A stretch of DNA of 64,000 nt from Nocardioides sp. (GTDB lineage: Bacteria > Actinomycetota > Actinomycetes > Propionibacteriales > Nocardioidaceae): NCBI RefSeq assembly GCF_036405735.1, contig NZ_DASWXC010000013.1, positions 40,268 to 104,267 of the forward strand. Direction: 5' to 3'. Below, in pieces: positions 40,191 through 51,046 of this stretch. The position numbers were made by a program, and so were the translations under genes. Within the stretch, counting starts at the first letter, position 1. Each line of letters opens with the position of its first letter. The notes under the pieces were generated by a model that saw only the letters and a list, made by a program, of their open reading frames with translations, ran no database searches and had not been told where the DNA came from.

Positions 40191-41831
40191 ATGACGGAGC
40201 TGACCATCCGTCCGGAGGAGATCCGCGACGCGCTGCAGAAGTACGTCGCCGAGTACCAGCCCGAGACGGCCGCCCGCGAGGAGGTCGGCACGGTTGCGCA
40301 GACCGCCGACGGCATCGCCCGCGTCAGCGGACTGCCCTCGGCGATGGCCAACGAGCTGCTGGAGTTCGAGGACGGCACGCTGGGCCTCGCGCTGAACCTC
40401 GACACCCGCGAGATCGGTGTCGTCATCCTCGGTGACTTCGACAAGATCGAGGAGGGCCAGACGGTCCGCCGTACTGGCGAGGTGCTCTCCGTGCCCGTGG
40501 GCGACGGCTACCTCGGCCGGGTCGTCGACCCGCTCGGCAACCCGATCGACGGCCTCGGCGAGGTCGCCACCACCGGCCGCCGTGCGTTGGAGCTGCAGGC
40601 TCCGGGCGTCATGGCCCGCAAGTCGGTGCACGAGCCGCTCGCGACCGGCATCAAGGCGATCGACGCCATGACCCCCATCGGTCGTGGCCAGCGCCAGCTC
40701 ATCATCGGCGACCGCGCCACCGGCAAGACCACGGTGGCCATCGACACGATCATCAACCAGAAGCAGAACTGGGAGACGGGCGACCCGTCCAAGCAGGTCC
40801 GCTGCATCTACGTCGCCATCGGTCAGAAGGGCTCCACCATCGCCTCGGTGCGCGGTGCCCTCGAGGCCGCCGGCGCGCTGGAGTACACCACCATCGTCGC
40901 GGCCCCGGCCTCCGACAGCGCGGGCTTCAAGTACCTCGCGCCCTACACCGGCTCGGCCATCGGCCAGCAGTGGATGTACGACGGCAAGCACGTCCTCATC
41001 GTGTTCGACGACCTGACCAAGCAGGCCGAGGCCTACCGCGCTGTGTCGCTGCTGCTGCGCCGCCCGCCGGGCCGCGAGGCCTACCCGGGTGACGTCTTCT
41101 ACCTGCACAGCCGGCTGCTCGAGCGCTGCGCGAAGCTGTCCGACGAGCTGGGCGCGGGCTCGATGACCGGTCTGCCGATCATCGAGACCAAGGCCAACGA
41201 CGTCTCGGCGTTCATCCCGACCAACGTCATCTCGATCACCGACGGTCAGATCTTCCTGCAGTCGGACCTGTTCGCGGCCAACCAGCGCCCGGCCATCGAC
41301 GTCGGTGTCTCCGTCTCCCGTGTCGGCGGCGCCGCGATGACCAAGGCGATGAAGGCCGTCACCGGCTCGCTCAAGGTCGACCTCGCGCAGTACCGCGCGA
41401 TGGAGGCGTTCGCCATGTTCGCCTCCGACCTCGACGCAGCGTCCAAGCAGCAGCTGGCCCGCGGCCAGCGCCTGATGGCGCTGCTCAAGCAGCCGGCCTA
41501 CTCGCCCTACCCGGTCGAGGAGATGACGGTCTCGCTGTGGCTGGGCACGTCCGGCCGGCTCGACCGCGTCCCCGTCGTCGACGTGCTGAAGTTCGAGCAC
41601 GAGTTCCTCGACTACCTGCGCCGCACCGAGTCCGGGATCCTCTCCGGCATCCGTGAGTCGCTGAAGTTCGAGGACTCCACCGCGACCGCGCTCGAGGCTG
41701 CCTACGACGCCTTCCTCGACCAGTTCGAGACCTCCGAGGGCGAGTCGGTCAAGCCCGGCAGCGCCAAGGCCGAGGCGCTGGCGGACGAGGACGTCGAGCA
41801 GGAGCAGATCGTCAAGCAGAAGCGGGCCTGA
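40191..41831 (+). CDS. atpA: F0F1 ATP synthase subunit alpha
   Basis: GDRATGKT Walker A and full-length alpha-subunit similarity. Confidence 0.96.
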   Translation: MTELTIRPEEIRDALQKYVAEYQPETAAREEVGTVAQTADGIARVSGLPSAMANELLEFEDGTLGLALNLDTREIGVVILGDFDKIEEGQTVRRTGEVLSVPVGDGYLGRVVDPLGNPIDGLGEVATTGRRALELQAPGVMARKSVHEPLATGIKAIDAMTPIGRGQRQLIIGDRATGKTTVAIDTIINQKQNWETGDPSKQVRCIYVAIGQKGSTIASVRGALEAAGALEYTTIVAAPASDSAGFKYLAPYTGSAIGQQWMYDGKHVLIVFDDLTKQAEAYRAVSLLLRRPPGREAYPGDVFYLHSRLLERCAKLSDELGAGSMTGLPIIETKANDVSAFIPTNVISITDGQIFLQSDLFAANQRPAIDVGVSVSRVGGAAMTKAMKAVTGSLKVDLAQYRAMEAFAMFASDLDAASKQQLARGQRLMALLKQPAYSPYPVEEMTVSLWLGTSGRLDRVPVVDVLKFEHEFLDYLRRTESGILSGIRESLKFEDSTATALEAAYDAFLDQFETSEGESVKPGSAKAEALADEDVEQEQIVKQKRA

Positions 41832-41843
41832 GGTACTAGTCGC

Positions 41844-42758
41844 ATGGCTGTCTCATTGCGCGAGTACCGCGCGCGGATCAAGTCGACGGAGTCGATGAAG
41901 AAGATCACGCGCGCCATGGAGCTCATTGCTGCGTCCCGCATCATCAAGGCGCAGCAGCGGGCGCAGGCCGCCGCGCCGTACGCCCGTGAGCTCACCCGTG
42001 CGGTCTCGGCCGTGGCGACGTACTCCAACGTCGACCACGCCCTGACCACCGAGCCGGAGAACCCCACCAAGGCCGCGGTGCTCGTGATCGCGAGCGACCG
42101 CGGCCTGGCGGGGGCCTACTCCTCGAGCGTGCTGCGTGAGGCCGAGGGCCTGGTGGAGAAGCTCCGTGCCGAGGGCAAGGACGTCGACCTGTACGTCTCC
42201 GGCCGCAAGGCGGAGGCCTACTACAAGTTCCGCGGGCGCCCCGTGGTGCAGGCCTGGACGGGTCACTCCGACCAGCCGTCGTACGACGTGGCGCGTGAGA
42301 TCGGGGACACCCTGATCGAGACGTTCCTGCGGGACGAGGACGCCGACGGCGCCGTGCACGAGGTGCACCTGGTCTACACCCGCTTCGTCTCGATGCTGAC
42401 GCAGAAGCCGACCGCTGTCCGGCTGCTGCCGCTCGAGGTGGTGGAGGGTGTCGAGGCTCCGGCCGACACCGACGTGCTGCCGCTCTACGAGTTCGAGCCC
42501 AGCGCCGAGGCGGTGCTGGACGGACTGCTTCCGCGCTACGTCCAGAGCCGCATCTGGTTCGCGCTCCTGCAGGCCGCCGCGTCCGAGCTCGCGGCCCGTC
42601 AGAAGGCGATGAAGTCGGCCACCGACAACGCGCAGGAGCTCATCAAGAAGTTCACGCGGATCGCCAACCAGGCGCGTCAGGCCGGCATCACCCAGGAAAT
42701 CAGCGAGATCGTCGGTGGCGTCAACGCGCTGGCTGACGCCAACGCTGGCAACGACTGA
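41844..42758 (+). CDS. atpG: F0F1 ATP synthase subunit gamma
   Basis: [28 protein letters not shown]-terminus and [12 protein letters not shown]-terminus. Confidence 0.94.
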   Translation: MAVSLREYRARIKSTESMKKITRAMELIAASRIIKAQQRAQAAAPYARELTRAVSAVATYSNVDHALTTEPENPTKAAVLVIASDRGLAGAYSSSVLREAEGLVEKLRAEGKDVDLYVSGRKAEAYYKFRGRPVVQAWTGHSDQPSYDVAREIGDTLIETFLRDEDADGAVHEVHLVYTRFVSMLTQKPTAVRLLPLEVVEGVEAPADTDVLPLYEFEPSAEAVLDGLLPRYVQSRIWFALLQAAASELAARQKAMKSATDNAQELIKKFTRIANQARQAGITQEISEIVGGVNALADANAGND

Positions 42759-44246
<1,488 letters not shown>

Positions 44247-44254
44247 GGCCGACG

Positions 44255-44647
44255 ATGGCTGAGAACCTGCAGGTGGAGCTCGTCGCGGCCGACCGTACGG
44301 TCTGGTCGGGCGAGGCCACCATGGTGATCGCTCGCACCGTCGAGGGTGACGTGGGTGTGCTGCGTGGCCACGCGCCGATGCTCTCCCTGCTGACCGACGC
44401 CGTCGTGGAGATCAACGCCGTGGACGGCCCCGTCGTCGTCGCGACGGCGGACGGCGGCTTCCTCTCGGTCGCGAACGACCGGGTGTCGATCCTGTCCGAG
44501 CACGTGCTGCTCGCCGACGAGATCAACATCGAGGCGGCGCGCGTGGAGCTGGAGGCCGCTCGCGGCATGCTCGGGACCGACGACGACGCGGAGCTCCGGA
44601 TCCGGCGTGCCGAGGCACGCATCCGCGCCGTCGAGAAGGCCTCCTGA
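44255..44647 (+). CDS. atpC: F0F1 ATP synthase subunit epsilon
   Basis: LQVELVAADRTVWSGEATMVIARTVEGDVGVLRGHAPML. ATG 44255 chosen inside the tracked ORF 44189..44647. Confidence 0.92.
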   Translation: MAENLQVELVAADRTVWSGEATMVIARTVEGDVGVLRGHAPMLSLLTDAVVEINAVDGPVVVATADGGFLSVANDRVSILSEHVLLADEINIEAARVELEAARGMLGTDDDAELRIRRAEARIRAVEKAS

Positions 44648-44687
44648 GGCTCCTGGGACACGACGAGCGCTCAGGGCAAGGGGAGGA

Positions 44688-45131
44688 ATGACGATCTGGG
44701 AGCTCGTGCTCGACGTCGTCGGTGTGCTCCTGGTCCTGCTCGTCTGCTACTTCCTCGGGCTGGTCGTCCGCCGTCGCCTCATCGGACGCGACGGCGGCAC
44801 GTTCGAGCTCAGCCACCGCGTCCGGGCCGGAAGGCCCGGACGCGGCTGGCTTCTCGGGATCGGGCGCTACTCCGGCGAGACGCTGGAGTGGTTCCGCTTC
44901 TTCTCCATCTCGCCTCGGCCCCGCCGGCGCTGGGAGCGCCGCCGGATGTCCTACGTCAGCAGTCACGAGCCGGACGGCGTGGAGCGGATGTCGCTCTACG
45001 CCGACCACGTCGTCGTGATCTGCGAGTACGCCGGCCAGCGCATCGAGCTCGCCATGGCCGAGTCGTCGCTGACCGGCTTCCAGGCGTGGCTGGAGTCGCG
45101 CCCCCCGGGCACCGACTGGTCGCGCCGCTGA
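44688..45131 (+). CDS. DUF2550-like membrane protein following atpC (Rv1312-like position)
   Basis: N-terminal TM helix, then GWLLGIGRYSGETLEWFRFFS. GGGAGGA Shine-Dalgarno precedes ATG 44688. Confidence 0.6.
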   Translation: MTIWELVLDVVGVLLVLLVCYFLGLVVRRRLIGRDGGTFELSHRVRAGRPGRGWLLGIGRYSGETLEWFRFFSISPRPRRRWERRRMSYVSSHEPDGVERMSLYADHVVVICEYAGQRIELAMAESSLTGFQAWLESRPPGTDWSRR

Positions 45132-45195
45132 CCGCGGCGGGGCGGGCGCGCCTTCCGATTGGCGCGCAACCGTTTGCACGCGGTGGGATTGGATC

Positions 45196-46383
45196 GTGCC
45201 AAGCCGTCTCTCCACCTCGACCGACCCGACGGCTCGTACCGCGCGCAACGCCGTCGGCGCCTCGTTCGCCCTCAACGGCCTGATCTTCGCCACGCTGGTC
45301 TCCCGGCTGCCCGACATCCGGCACGATCTCGGGCTCAGCAACACGATGCTCGGCGTGCTGCTGTTCGCCGGCTCCGCCGGCTCGATGCTCGCCCTGCCGA
45401 TCAGCGGCCGGGTGATCGAGCGGATCTCGCCGGCGCCCACGGTCCGCCTCGGCACCGCCATGGTGACCCTCGGACTGCTGACGCTGGCGATCGGCGCCAC
45501 GGCCGTCGACGTCTTCGCGGTGGCGCTTGCCGGCAACCTGGTCTACGGCATGGGCGTCTCGCTGTGGGACGTCGCCATGAACCTCGAGGGAGCCGAGGTG
45601 GAGCGCCGCCTGGGTCGCACGATCATGCCGCGGTTCCACGCCGGCTGGAGCATCGGGTCGATCGCCGGCAGCGCGCTGGGGATCCCCATGGCCGCCCTGC
45701 ACGTCCCGGTCGTGCTCCACTGCCTGGTCGTCCTCCTGGTCGCCGCGGGGCTGACCGTCCACGGCTCCCGCAGCTTCTTGCCGGTCGAGCCGAAGGTGGA
45801 GGAGCCCACGGCGCGCGTCTCGGCCTGGCGTGAGCCGCGCACGCTCATGATCGGCGTCCTGGTGCTCTGCTTCGCGATCGTCGAGGGGTCGGCGAACGAC
45901 TGGCTCTCCTTGGCGATCATCGACGGCTACGACACCCCGCACTGGGTGGGTGTCGCCGGCTTCTCCGGGTTCGTCATCGCGATGACCGTCGGTCGGCTGC
46001 TCGCCCCGTTCGCGCTGGACCGGGTCGGTCGGGCGCCGATGCTCTGGGCCTCGGCCGCTGCCTCCGCCGTCGGCGTGCTCGTCGCGGTGTACGGCGGCTC
46101 GCTGCCCGTCATGTTCGCCGGCATCGTGCTGTGGGGACTCGGCTCCGCGCTCGGCTTCCCGGTCGGCATCAGCGCCGCCGCCGACGACCCGGCGCGGGCC
46201 GCGGCGCGGGTCTCGGTCGTCGCCTCGGTGGCCTACACCGCGTTCTTTGTCGGACCGCCCCTGCTCGGCATGCTCGGCGACCGGGTCGGCACCCTCCAGG
46301 CGCTGACGGTCGTCGCACTGCTCATGGTGCCGGCGGCGTTCGCGGTGTTGGCCGCGCGTCCGCCACGGACGGCGTCCCGGTAG
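45196..46383 (+). CDS. MFS transporter
   Basis: 395 aa with about 12 hydrophobic segments. Confidence 0.75.
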   Translation: MPSRLSTSTDPTARTARNAVGASFALNGLIFATLVSRLPDIRHDLGLSNTMLGVLLFAGSAGSMLALPISGRVIERISPAPTVRLGTAMVTLGLLTLAIGATAVDVFAVALAGNLVYGMGVSLWDVAMNLEGAEVERRLGRTIMPRFHAGWSIGSIAGSALGIPMAALHVPVVLHCLVVLLVAAGLTVHGSRSFLPVEPKVEEPTARVSAWREPRTLMIGVLVLCFAIVEGSANDWLSLAIIDGYDTPHWVGVAGFSGFVIAMTVGRLLAPFALDRVGRAPMLWASAAASAVGVLVAVYGGSLPVMFAGIVLWGLGSALGFPVGISAAADDPARAAARVSVVASVAYTAFFVGPPLLGMLGDRVGTLQALTVVALLMVPAAFAVLAARPPRTASR

Positions 46384-46439
46384 CCGGTCGCGCGGCTCGA
46401 CCTCCTCAGTGGGTCCTTCCGTGCGGCCTCAGTGCGTCC

Positions 46440-47402
46440 TCAGTGCGTCGCCGCGCTGAGCAGGCGGTCGGGGTGTTGGCGCAGGTAGGTCCGGACCGGC
46501 AGCGAGCGCCGCTGCGCGTAGCCCTCGGGCAGCCAGACGTCGCCGCGCCGCGAGAGGTAGACGACCTGCCAGTCGTAGAGAGCGTGGAACGTGTGCGGCT
46601 GCCGGCGCAGGATCTCCGCGTACGCCTTCACGCCGCGGACGTACGCGGGGTGGTTGTTGTAGCGGAACAGCGCGTTGTCGATCCGCCCGCGTCCGCCGCC
46701 GTTGTGGGCCAGGTAGCGCGCCGCCGCCAGGATCGCGTCGTGCGGATCGTCGATGTCGCCCCGGCCGAACGCCCGCCATGTCGCGGGCATGAACTGCATC
46801 GGCCCGCGAGCACCGGCGACCGACGTGCCGCGGATACGGCCCATGCCGGTCTCCACGAGGTTCACCGCGGCGAGCACCTGCCACGGCACGCCGAAGCGAC
46901 GCTGCCCCTCGCGGTAGAAGCGCATCAGGTCCGCCGCCGGCGCGGGCGTGACGATCCGCCAGGCCGGCAGCGTGGTCGACAGGCTCCGGTGCATCGAGCG
47001 GAACGCCACCCGGGCGCGCACGTGGGCGGCAGCGACGGGACGCAGCGGGCCGAGGGCGCGCAGCACGCCCGGACGCCAACCGGGCCGACGCGCGAGCTGG
47101 CGGTAGAGCACCTGGGTCGCGAAGGCCGCGTCCGCGCGCGCATTCCGGTCGGCGGCCGGGTCGCCGAGCAGCGTCTCAGCGGCGAGCAGGCGCTGCGCCA
47201 GCTCGGGTGCGGCGACCGCCGGCCGGGCGGGCGTGGGGAGCGGCCGGGATGCCGGTGCCGGGGACGCGGTGCGCTCCTCGGCGACGACCACCGCCGTCGG
47301 GGAGGGCCGCGGCGCCGCCTGCTCGCCTGCCGACGAGCAACCGGCCACAACGACGGCGGTCGCGGCGAGAGCGGTCAGGGTGCGGACAGGCCGCGCGAGC
47401 AT
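46440..47402 (-). CDS. Lytic transglycosylase (SLT-domain) lipoprotein
   Basis: Lipobox VVAGCSS. Also has LVETGMGRIRGTSVAGARGPMQFMPATW and AARYLAHNGG. Confidence 0.75.
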   Translation of the reverse strand: MLARPVRTLTALAATAVVVAGCSSAGEQAAPRPSPTAVVVAEERTASPAPASRPLPTPARPAVAAPELAQRLLAAETLLGDPAADRNARADAAFATQVLYRQLARRPGWRPGVLRALGPLRPVAAAHVRARVAFRSMHRSLSTTLPAWRIVTPAPAADLMRFYREGQRRFGVPWQVLAAVNLVETGMGRIRGTSVAGARGPMQFMPATWRAFGRGDIDDPHDAILAAARYLAHNGGGRGRIDNALFRYNNHPAYVRGVKAYAEILRRQPHTFHALYDWQVVYLSRRGDVWLPEGYAQRRSLPVRTYLRQHPDRLLSAATH

Positions 47403-47508
47403 GGGATCTCCGAGAAGGTGGACGTCACGCCGGTCGGCGTACGCCCTCCACGCTAACCCGGCGAACCGTCGCTGGCGGCTATGGCGGCTCGCGGGCTCCG
47501 TTCGTTCC

Positions 47509-48087
47509 TCACTCCGCCCGCTCGCCTCCGGGGACCCACAGCACGTCGCCCTCCTCCCTGTTCGCGTGGCGCGCCAGGATGAACAACAGGTCCGAGAGCC
47601 GGTTGAGGTACTTGATGGCCAGCACGTTCATCGTCTCGCCGTGCACCTCGTAGGCCGCCCACGCGGCGCGCTCCGCCCGCCGCGCGACGGTGCGGGCGAC
47701 GTGGAGGTACGCGGCGCCGAGGGTGCCGCCGTTGAGGATGAACGAGCGCAGGTTCGGCAGCGCCTCGTTGTATTCGTCGCACCACCGCTCCAGCCGGTCG
47801 ACGTAGTCCTGCTCGACCCGCAGCGGGGGATAGGCCGGGTCGGGGACGACCGGGGTGGAGAAGTCCGCGCCGACGTCGAAGAGGTCGTTCTGCACCCGGA
47901 TGAGCACCGTGGCGACGTCCGGCTCCAACGAGCCGCCGGCCAGCGCCACACCGATGCAGGCGTTGGCCTCGTCGACGTGGGCGTACGCCTCGAGCCGCAG
48001 GTCGGTCTTGGTCGTCTCGCTCATGTCGCCGAGCCGAGTCGTGCCGGCGTCGCCGGTGCGCGTGTAGATGCGGGTGAGGTTGACCAT
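47509..48087 (-). CDS. ATP:cob(I)alamin adenosyltransferase, PduO type
   Basis: IYTRTGDAGTTRLGD and DEANACIGVAL...LFDVGADF, in an Rv1314c-like position. TAGGCT (minus strand, 48094-48099) is 6 nt before ATG 48087. Confidence 0.85.
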   Translation of the reverse strand: MVNLTRIYTRTGDAGTTRLGDMSETTKTDLRLEAYAHVDEANACIGVALAGGSLEPDVATVLIRVQNDLFDVGADFSTPVVPDPAYPPLRVEQDYVDRLERWCDEYNEALPNLRSFILNGGTLGAAYLHVARTVARRAERAAWAAYEVHGETMNVLAIKYLNRLSDLLFILARHANREEGDVLWVPGGERAE

Positions 48088-48295
48088 GCACCGAGCCTAG
48101 GACCGCGCCGCCGTGGCCGGCAGCGGCGTCCACCCCGTCGACGCCAGAGATTTCCGACCTCCCGTGCAACCGAACGCGCCGCCCGAGCGTCATAGGGGTG
48201 AGTGACCTGGATCGCGTGGGGTACAGGCCACCTCCCGGGACGGACCCGGGTGCGGCCTTCAGCAGCTGCGGCCTGCAGGGAGAAGTGGAGGACCG

Positions 48296-48601
48296 ATGGA
48301 GCTCATCACCGACGGCTCGACCGTCCGGCTGACCGGCGACTTCGACGTGCGCAGCACCTGGGAGGCGCGGATCGCCATCTACAGCCTCCTGGAGCAGTAC
48401 GACGAGGTCGTCGTCGATCTCAGCGGCGTCACCACCGCCGATGTCACCGCGCTCAAGGTGCTCGCCGCCGCCACCCGCCGCTCCGCCGTGCAGGGCCAGC
48501 GCGTGACGCTGCGCGGTTGCGGCCCCGCCGTACGCCGCCTGCTGCACCTGTCCCGCCTCATGCGACTGGTCGAGGTGGAGCGGGCCGCCGCCTCGGCATG
48601 A
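48296..48601 (+). CDS. STAS-domain protein (anti-sigma-factor antagonist-like)
   Basis: 101 aa with VVVDLSGVTTADVTALKVLAAA, typical of SpoIIAA/RsbV-like STAS proteins. GGAGGAC Shine-Dalgarno lies upstream. Confidence 0.6.
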   Translation: MELITDGSTVRLTGDFDVRSTWEARIAIYSLLEQYDEVVVDLSGVTTADVTALKVLAAATRRSAVQGQRVTLRGCGPAVRRLLHLSRLMRLVEVERAAASA

Positions 48602-48683
48602 GCGGCCCGGACGCCGCGAGTGTCGGATATTCCACACCCAACCCCGGTTACCAACCGGTAGGGAAGGCCCTAGTCTCGGCAGC

Positions 48684-50684
48684 ATGAGCCAGCAGAAGGA
48701 CCGCCCCTGGGTGATGCGCACGTACGCCGGCCACTCCACGGCCGAGGCGTCGAACGCGCTCTACCGCACTAACCTCGCCAAGGGCCAGACCGGCCTCTCG
48801 GTCGCCTTCGACCTGCCGACCCAGACCGGCTACGACCCCGACAGCCCGCTCGCCAAGGGCGAGGTCGGCAAGGTCGGGGTCCCGGTGCCGCACCTGGGGG
48901 AGATGCGCAAGCTCTTCGACCAGATCCCGCTCACCGGGATGAACACCTCGATGACGATCAACGCGACCGCCATGTGGCTGCTCGCGATGTACCAGGTCGT
49001 CGCCGAGGAGCAGAACCCGGAGCTCTCGCCGGAGGAGGTCGCCGCCCAGCTGGCCGGCACGACCCAGAACGACATCATCAAGGAGTACCTCTCCCGCGGG
49101 ACCTACGTGTTCCCGCCGGAGCACTCGCTGCGGCTGATCAGCGACATGATCGCCTACACGGTCCACCAGATCCCGAAGTGGAACCCCATCAACATCTGCA
49201 GCTACCACCTGCAGGAGGCCGGCGCCACGCCGGTGCAGGAGCTGGCCTACAGCCTGTGCACCGCGATCGCCGTCCTCGACGCCGTCAAGGCCTCGGGCCA
49301 GGTCGACGAGGCGGACTTCGAGAAGGTCGTGGGCCGGATCTCGTTCTTCGTCAACGCCGGCGTGCGGTTCGTCGAGGAGATGTGCAAGATGCGCGCCTTC
49401 GTCGAGCTGTGGGACGAGATCACCCGCGAGCGCTACGGCGTCACCGACGAGAAGATGCGCCGGTTCCGCTACGGCGTCCAGGTCAACAGCCTCGGCCTGA
49501 CCGAGGCGCAGCCGGAGAACAACGTCCAGCGCATCGTGCTGGAGATGCTGGCGGTCACCCTCTCGAAGAAGGCCCGTGCCCGCGCGGTGCAGCTGCCGGC
49601 CTGGAACGAGGCGCTCGGCCTGCCGCGACCGTGGGACCAGCAGTGGTCGCTGCGGCTGCAGCAGGTGCTCGCCTTCGAGTCCGACCTGCTCGAGTACGAC
49701 GACATCTTCGACGGCTCGCCCGTCATCGAGGCCAAGGTCCGTGAGCTGGTCGAGGGCGCCAAGGCCGAGATCGACCGCGTCCAGGCGATGGGCGGGGCGA
49801 TCGCCGCGGTCGAGTCCGGCTACATGAAGCAGGAGCTGGTCTCCTCCCACGCGCTGCGCCGCTCGCGGATCGAGTCCGGCGAGGAGGTCATCGTCGGCGT
49901 CAACAAGTTCGAGACGACCGAGCCCTCCCCGCTGACCGCCGACCTCGACGCCGCGATCATGGTGGCCGACCCGCTGGCGGAGCAGGCGGCGCTCGACTCG
50001 GTCAGCGCCTGGAAGGCGCAGCGCGACGAGACCGAGGTGACCGAGGCGCTGGCCGCTCTGGCGGCGGCGGCGAAGACCGACCAGAACCTGATGATCCCCA
50101 CGCTCGCGGCGGCCCGCGCCGGCGCGACCACGGGGGAGTGGGCGCAGACGCTGCGTGAGGTGTTCGGTGAGTTCCGCGCCCCGACCGGGGTCTCGGGTGC
50201 GGTCGGCGTCGCCGAGGCGGGCGCCGAGCTGGCGGCCGTGCGCGATCGCGTGAAGGCGACGGGCGAGGACCTCGGCGGCCGGCTGCGGGTCCTGATCGGC
50301 AAGCCCGGCCTCGACGGACACTCCAACGGGGCCGAGCAGATCGCCGTACGTGCCCGCGACGCCGGCTTCGAGGTGATCTACCAGGGCATCCGGCTCACGC
50401 CCCAGCAGATCGTCGCGGCCGCGGTGGCCGAGGACGTCCACCTCGTCGGCCTCTCCATCCTGTCCGGCTCGCACATGGAGCTCGTGCCCGACGTGCTCGA
50501 CGGCCTCAAGGACGCGGGTCTGGGCGACGTGCCGGTCGTGGTCGGCGGCATCATCCCCGAGTCCGACGGCCGCCGGCTCAAGGAGCTGGGCGTGGCTGCC
50601 GTCTACACGCCGAAGGACTTCGGCCTGACCGAGATCATGGGCGGCTTCGTCGACGTGATCCGTCGGGCCAACAGCCTCGATTGA
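48684..50684 (+). CDS. meaA: Single-chain B12-dependent acyl-CoA mutase, MeaA / ethylmalonyl-CoA mutase-like
   Basis: QKDRPWVMRTYAGHSTAEASNALYRTNLAKGQTGLSVAFDLPTQTGYD matches the MeaA N-terminus as I recall it. The C-terminal B12 domain has GKPGLDGHSNG. TAGTCT at 48671-48676 is 7 nt before the ATG. Confidence 0.72.
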   Translation: MSQQKDRPWVMRTYAGHSTAEASNALYRTNLAKGQTGLSVAFDLPTQTGYDPDSPLAKGEVGKVGVPVPHLGEMRKLFDQIPLTGMNTSMTINATAMWLLAMYQVVAEEQNPELSPEEVAAQLAGTTQNDIIKEYLSRGTYVFPPEHSLRLISDMIAYTVHQIPKWNPINICSYHLQEAGATPVQELAYSLCTAIAVLDAVKASGQVDEADFEKVVGRISFFVNAGVRFVEEMCKMRAFVELWDEITRERYGVTDEKMRRFRYGVQVNSLGLTEAQPENNVQRIVLEMLAVTLSKKARARAVQLPAWNEALGLPRPWDQQWSLRLQQVLAFESDLLEYDDIFDGSPVIEAKVRELVEGAKAEIDRVQAMGGAIAAVESGYMKQELVSSHALRRSRIESGEEVIVGVNKFETTEPSPLTADLDAAIMVADPLAEQAALDSVSAWKAQRDETEVTEALAALAAAAKTDQNLMIPTLAAARAGATTGEWAQTLREVFGEFRAPTGVSGAVGVAEAGAELAAVRDRVKATGEDLGGRLRVLIGKPGLDGHSNGAEQIAVRARDAGFEVIYQGIRLTPQQIVAAAVAEDVHLVGLSILSGSHMELVPDVLDGLKDAGLGDVPVVVGGIIPESDGRRLKELGVAAVYTPKDFGLTEIMGGFVDVIRRANSLD

Positions 50685-50699
50685 GGGTCCTGGGAGGAC

Positions 50700-50739
50700 G
50701 TCATACGGTCCGGTCGCCGCAGGCGCCGGACCGTATGAC
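50700..50739 (+). terminator. Stem-loop after meaA
   Basis: GTCATACGGTCCGG-N12-CCGGACCGTATGAC, a perfect 14-bp stem. Confidence 0.65.
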
Positions 50740-50796
50740 CTCCGAACCCCGGCGGGCCACCGCGCCGGGGCGAAACCGGCCAGTGAGCGGTCTCAC

Positions 50797-50815
50797 GTAG
50801 GTAAGGCTTACCTGC
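50797..50815. promoter_or_regulatory. IdeR/DtxR-like iron box
   Basis: GTAGGTAAGGCTTACCTGC contains the perfect dyad AGGTAAG-G-CTTACCT. It matches 14 of 19 positions of TTAGGTTAGGCTAACCTAA. It lies at -38 to -20 relative to GTG 50835. Confidence 0.55.
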
Positions 50816-50834
50816 GTCGAGTACGGTGCTGGGT

Positions 50835-51017
50835 GTGGGGAAGAAGGTCAAGCTGCCGAAGACGGAATGCTGCGTCTCGAAGAAGCGGTGCGAGCGGTGT
50901 CCGATCCGGATGCTGAAGGAAGGCACGCTGCCGACGGGGTATACGGTCAAGAAGCGCAAGCTCGTGCGGCTCGACGGCAAGAAGGTCTCCAAGAAGAAGC
51001 TCGCCAAGGCCGCCTGA
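50835..51017 (+). CDS. Small (60 aa) Lys/Arg-rich protein with a CC-x5-C-x2-C cluster
   Basis: VGKKVKLPKTECCVSKKRCERCPIRMLKEG... G or C occupies the third position in 58 of the 63 tracked codons. TACGGT at 50822-50827 is 7 nt before GTG 50835; the tracked start GTG 50826 is possible. Confidence 0.6.
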   Translation: MGKKVKLPKTECCVSKKRCERCPIRMLKEGTLPTGYTVKKRKLVRLDGKKVSKKKLAKAA

Positions 51018-51046
51018 CTCACCCCCATGACTCCGGAGGAGCCCCT

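Noticed and set aside
50867-51046. The long N-terminal extension of the ferritin ORF (tracked start 50867).
   Set aside because: It overlaps the strongly coding small Cys4 gene in another frame and has no ferritin-like sequence. A GGAGGAG Shine-Dalgarno sits 5 nt before GTG 51047, where the ferritin helix A motif begins.
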